From Oscillospiraceae bacterium (lineage in GTDB: Bacteria > Bacillota > Clostridia > Oscillospirales > Oscillospiraceae), in the NCBI GenBank assembly GCA_017518445.1, contig JAFWVB010000045.1, forward strand, positions 1-18,696: DNA of 18,696 nucleotides. The letters run 5' to 3'. Under the pieces are notes generated by a model. The model had not been told where the DNA came from and made no database searches. It was given only the letters and a program-made list of their open reading frames with translations. Made by a program: the position numbers and the translations under genes. Each line of letters starts with the position of its first letter. The first letter of the stretch is position 1. This document shows positions 16,169 through 18,696 of the stretch, piece after piece.

Positions 16169-16266
16169 AGCGTCCGCATACCAAAAATGGATACAAGACA
16201 CCTTTCAAGAAAGAACAGGATTTTCTCAATAAACAAGCCCTTTTCGAGATGAAATCAAATTAGACA
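16150..16266 (+). pseudogene. 3'-terminal remnant of a DDE (rve/integrase-core type) transposase gene
   Basis: The translation ..ILFYKQRPHTKNGYKTPFKKEQDFL..* carries the (F/Y)YN-x-x-RPH-x3-GY-xTP signature found at the C-terminal end of rve-domain transposases. The frame is closed by TAA three nucleotides upstream of the ATG and there is no usable RBS. Confidence 0.5.
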
Positions 16267-16295
16267 TGGGGGTTCAGATTGCAAAGGATGTTTCA

Positions 16296-17357
16296 CTAGC
16301 TTCTTTGCCCGTACACTTTTATATACCTCGATGCTTTTCCTGCGCCGATTCGCTGAATCGTACCGTCTTTTACCATGGCGCCCAGCACAGCCTCCACCGT
16401 CGTTGGGCTGACATCCGGCAGGATTTTGCAGATCTCCGCTTTTGAAATCGGCGTCAGGCTGTTTAAGACTGTTGCCTCGATGCACGCCCTCTTGGTAATC
16501 TTTTTCCCGTGGACGACGGCAAACCGTTTATCCAGCTCCTTATAGCACATATACAGGGTGGAGAGGAAGTTCTCAATAAATGGGAAGTAGCTGTTCTCAT
16601 TCGTATGCCAGCCATTTGAAGACTGCCGAAGGGATTCGTAATAAAACGCTTTATGGTTATTGATCTGTTCTTCGAAGGAAACATACTTCCCTACATCATA
16701 GCCGTTTTTATAGAGCAGCAGCAATGATAATAGTCTGGACATCCTTCCATTCCCGTCTCGGAAAGGGTGGATGCAAAGGAAATCTAAAATCACGCAGGGA
16801 ATCAGCAAAAGTTGATTGATATTAGCATCGCTACAGGCGTCCAAATAAGCGAGCTCCAACTGCTCCATGGCTGTCTCCGTCTCAGCTGACGGCGTTGGAG
16901 AAAATCGCACCTTTCGATTTCCCGCAGCATCCACTTCAAGGATCACTTTGTCATCAGTTTTATAACGGCCGCCGTACTCATATCCGGCAATGGAAAGCAG
17001 CATTTCATGCAGCCGTAGGATGTCGCGCTGGCGGAAATTGATGTGCTCATAGCCAAGATGAATCTCATTCAGTGCGTCTCTGTATCCGGCAATCTCCGCC
17101 TCATCGTGATTAAGCGGGGCGCTGTTCTGATTGACGATGGCAACGATACGTTCATCGCTGGTGACGATTCCCTCTATAGCGTTAGAGCTCTTGACAGATT
17201 GCACTTTTGCTATGGCTTCCAATTCCGTGAAGACACGGATATACTCTTCTTTTCGGATGCCAGCCATTGTCTTCAGGCTTGCGATACTTGCGGTAAGGTT
17301 TACCAGCTTTGCGGGTAACAGTCCATTATCTAAGAAAGAATAGTCAAATCTTCTCAT
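16296..17357 (-). CDS. Fic-family protein (class II, N-terminal inhibitory motif; C-terminal winged-HTH)
   Basis: Canonical Fic motif HPFRDGNGRMSR (complement of 16734-16769). Inhibitory [ST]xxxE[GN] motif SNAIEG (complement of 17169-17186). The C-terminal LTPISKAEICKILPDVSPTTVEAVLGAMVKDGTIQRIG looks like a wHTH. I prefer the ATG at 17357 (MRRFDYSFLDNG), 6 nt after GGAGGGA, over the track's ATG at 17387. Confidence 0.9.
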   Translation of the reverse strand: MRRFDYSFLDNGLLPAKLVNLTASIASLKTMAGIRKEEYIRVFTELEAIAKVQSVKSSNAIEGIVTSDERIVAIVNQNSAPLNHDEAEIAGYRDALNEIHLGYEHINFRQRDILRLHEMLLSIAGYEYGGRYKTDDKVILEVDAAGNRKVRFSPTPSAETETAMEQLELAYLDACSDANINQLLLIPCVILDFLCIHPFRDGNGRMSRLLSLLLLYKNGYDVGKYVSFEEQINNHKAFYYESLRQSSNGWHTNENSYFPFIENFLSTLYMCYKELDKRFAVVHGKKITKRACIEATVLNSLTPISKAEICKILPDVSPTTVEAVLGAMVKDGTIQRIGAGKASRYIKVYGQRS

Positions 17358-17561
17358 TGTGCGTCCCTCCAATCTGCACATAATCATAACATATTATATG
17401 CAGAAACGCAAGGAATAGAAGTGATAATCTGCATATTATTATCGGTTTATATATGTAGAAACAAATAATTGATAAACAGCATATTCGCGCGCTTCAAGTC
17501 TTTTTATGGCACAGCTACTTGTTTACGTTCATGCTACAATGCTCTCAAAGGGATTGATATT

Positions 17562-17752
17562 ATGAACAAACTCACTGAAAGCGGGAATCAATCATTGTGA
17601 CTTGCCATAAAAACGGAGAGTCCGTTTCCGACCTTTTAATAGAAATCGGCATCCATCGTCGCGCCAGCTATGCATGGACTAAAGAGGCGACGAACAGAGA
17701 TTTCCTTCAGTCACATGTGAACACCCTAATTTATCGCTTACGCTATTCTTAA
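17562..17752 (+). pseudogene. frameshifted paralogue of the 14735-14968 HTH gene
   Basis: ATG 17562 reads MNKLTESGNQSL* (stop 17598-17600). Shifting frame at ~17588 gives SIIVTCHKNGESVSDLLIEIGIHRRASYAWTKEATNRD..*(17750-17752), homologous to LIITTRYKKGEAVSDIVMNTGIPRSTIYAWIK. Relative to copy A there is a 1-nt deletion (gaaagcgg-gaat versus gaaagcgagaaat). The upstream 34 nt match copy A at 29/34 positions. Confidence 0.7.
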
Positions 17753-17776
17753 CAACTCGTCTGACGAGTTGTTTTA
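17753..17776 (+). terminator. rho-independent terminator after the HTH pseudogene
   Basis: The stem caactcgt (17753-17760) pairs with acgagttg (17764-17771) around the loop ctg. TTTT follows at 17772-17775. Confidence 0.6.
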
Positions 17777-17820
17777 CTCTACAAAAATCAGCGGCGCAAG
17801 CTAATCTTTACGGAAAATAC

Positions 17821-17856
17821 AAAACACGGGATACCCATTCGGATATCCCGTGTTTT
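17821..17856. terminator. bidirectional terminator (serves the minus-strand helicase gene)
   Basis: The 13-bp perfect stem aaaacacgggata (17821-17833) pairs with tatcccgtgtttt (17844-17856) around a 10-nt loop. A/T runs inside and flanking the stem give a U-tract in both orientations. It lies 64 nt past the helicase stop (17920). Confidence 0.7.
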
Positions 17857-17919
17857 GTATAACCTTTACACTAAATATGCCAGATTATTATCATCTTACT
17901 GCATTCTTTTGCACCAAAT

Positions 17920-18696
17920 TTAAGACAAAAAAGGCTTTATCATCTCTATGCTCATATTATCTTTGGTTTCCGCTTTAAACCCTTCAATTATTCTTGTCAT
18001 TGTATCAGCGCTCCAGAAGATTTTTAGTTTTTCCTTTGTGCGGGTGATTGCAGTATAAAATATACCATGCGTAATTCTCTCTGAGTTGCTACTAGGGATT
18101 ACAACTTTGATTGAGCTATACTCTAAACCTTGCGCTTTATGAATTGAAACCGCGTATGCTAACTGAAACGGCACTATTGACTTTATTCGCTCATCATCTG
18201 AATCTTCTTCTGTATTGCTCTCATAGGTTTCAAAAACGCCAAAGCGAATACGAGTTTTGTTTTCCTCATGGGATACTATCTGTAAATCACTCCCCCTTAC
18301 ATCCAGTGAAGTCAATACAATGGGAATATCTACAGTAAAATAAATACTGTCATTGTTTTTTTCTATATCAACGATTAATCCCTTTAAGTTGTTATACAGC
18401 ATCGGAAACCGTCGGCTTTCATTAAACAGAACCGGATCCCCTATTTTGTACTTCCAATCTGACCAATAATAAGCTTTCGACGAAGGATTTGCATCTTGAA
18501 AATAATTGTTTATACAATTCAATCCAAATTTTCCATCATAGTTTAAGCATAGCACGACTTCATCATCATCCGTCCGTTCAAGTAGCTCTTTTCCAATGTT
18601 TTTTGAAAATGGGCCATCAATTATCAGCTTTTCTGTGATGAGCGGGCCTAAGTGTCGAACTTCTTCCCACAGATTAATAATATTTTCTTTTTGTGT
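17920..18696 (-). CDS. SF1 helicase, C-terminal part (RecD/TraA-like, UvrD_C_2-type); 5' end beyond the window
   Basis: AYAVSIHKAQGLEYSSIKVVI and FYTAITRTKEKLKIF are classic SF1 motifs V/VI. An SH3-like insert is present (KIGDPVLFNE...LKGLIVDIEK). My own translation shows the frame stays open from 18555 to 18696 (..TQKENIINLWEEVRHLGPLITEKLIIDGPFSKNIGKELLERTDDDEVVLCLNYDGK..). The track's GTG start is therefore internal. Confidence 0.8.
   Translation of the reverse strand, partial: TQKENIINLWEEVRHLGPLITEKLIIDGPFSKNIGKELLERTDDDEVVLCLNYDGKFGLNCINNYFQDANPSSKAYYWSDWKYKIGDPVLFNESRRFPMLYNNLKGLIVDIEKNNDSIYFTVDIPIVLTSLDVRGSDLQIVSHEENKTRIRFGVFETYESNTEEDSDDERIKSIVPFQLAYAVSIHKAQGLEYSSIKVVIPSSNSERITHGIFYTAITRTKEKLKIFWSADTMTRIIEGFKAETKDNMSIEMIKPFLS

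Noticed and set aside
16150-16266. 38-codon plus-strand ORF as a genuine small protein gene
   Set aside because: It has no RBS at a usable distance. A stop lies three nucleotides upstream of the ATG. The sequence looks like the extreme C-terminus of an rve transposase, so I call it a remnant instead.
14683-16285. Possible terminal inverted repeats of the putative IS: shared TGAACCC at 14684-14690 and, in reverse complement, 16270-16276
   Set aside because: Only 7 bp match and the flanking bases do not extend the pairing. This is compatible with chance in 1.6 kb.
17043-17343. Two plus-strand ORFs (91 and 70 aa) inside the Fic gene
   Set aside because: They are antisense to a gene with perfect Fic motifs and have no RBS or motifs.
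1-18696. CRISPR arrays, tRNA/rRNA genes, riboswitch-like leaders
   Set aside because: I saw no regularly spaced direct repeats and no cloverleaf-compatible segments. The few intergenic regions are short or are explained by the hairpins, promoters and remnants listed above.

Overview
The window has two very different halves.

(1) nt 1-14525 is a single plus-strand 13-gene carbohydrate operon in G+C-rich DNA. It is tightly packed, with overlapping stop/start codons and GGAGG-type RBSs. In order it carries: fucI (5' end off-window), fucU, a ribose-type ABC importer in rbsDACB order (ATPase, permease, lipoprotein binding protein), a rhamnulokinase-family kinase, a second FGGY kinase, a YczE-like membrane protein, a PfkB (fructokinase-like) kinase, lipoate-protein ligase, an SrlD-like SDR, a PHP-domain phosphoesterase and a long SorE-like MDR reductase. 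A strong rho-independent terminator closes it.

(2) nt ~14526-18696 is a lower-G+C, compositionally mosaic accessory segment. It contains:
- hairpins and a perfect 17-bp inverted repeat at the junction
- an orphan IS3-type OrfA-like HTH gene with an extended -10 promoter
- an unrecognisable 321-aa minus-strand gene with its own strong promoter
- a 3' remnant of an rve-type transposase
- a class II (self-inhibited) Fic protein with a C-terminal wHTH
- a frameshifted second copy of the promoter+HTH module
- two terminators
- the 3' part of an SF1 (RecD/UvrD_C_2-type) helicase that runs off the window

The best candidate for something undescribed is the co-oriented helicase - Fic - orphan-gene string embedded in IS debris, a possible defence/toxin island with the 321-aa orphan as the key unknown. 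The second candidate is the PTS-independent SDR-PHP-MDR module fused to a fucose/ketose-kinase operon.

No rRNA, tRNA or CRISPR array was seen. All family calls are by-eye motif recognition, not database searches.
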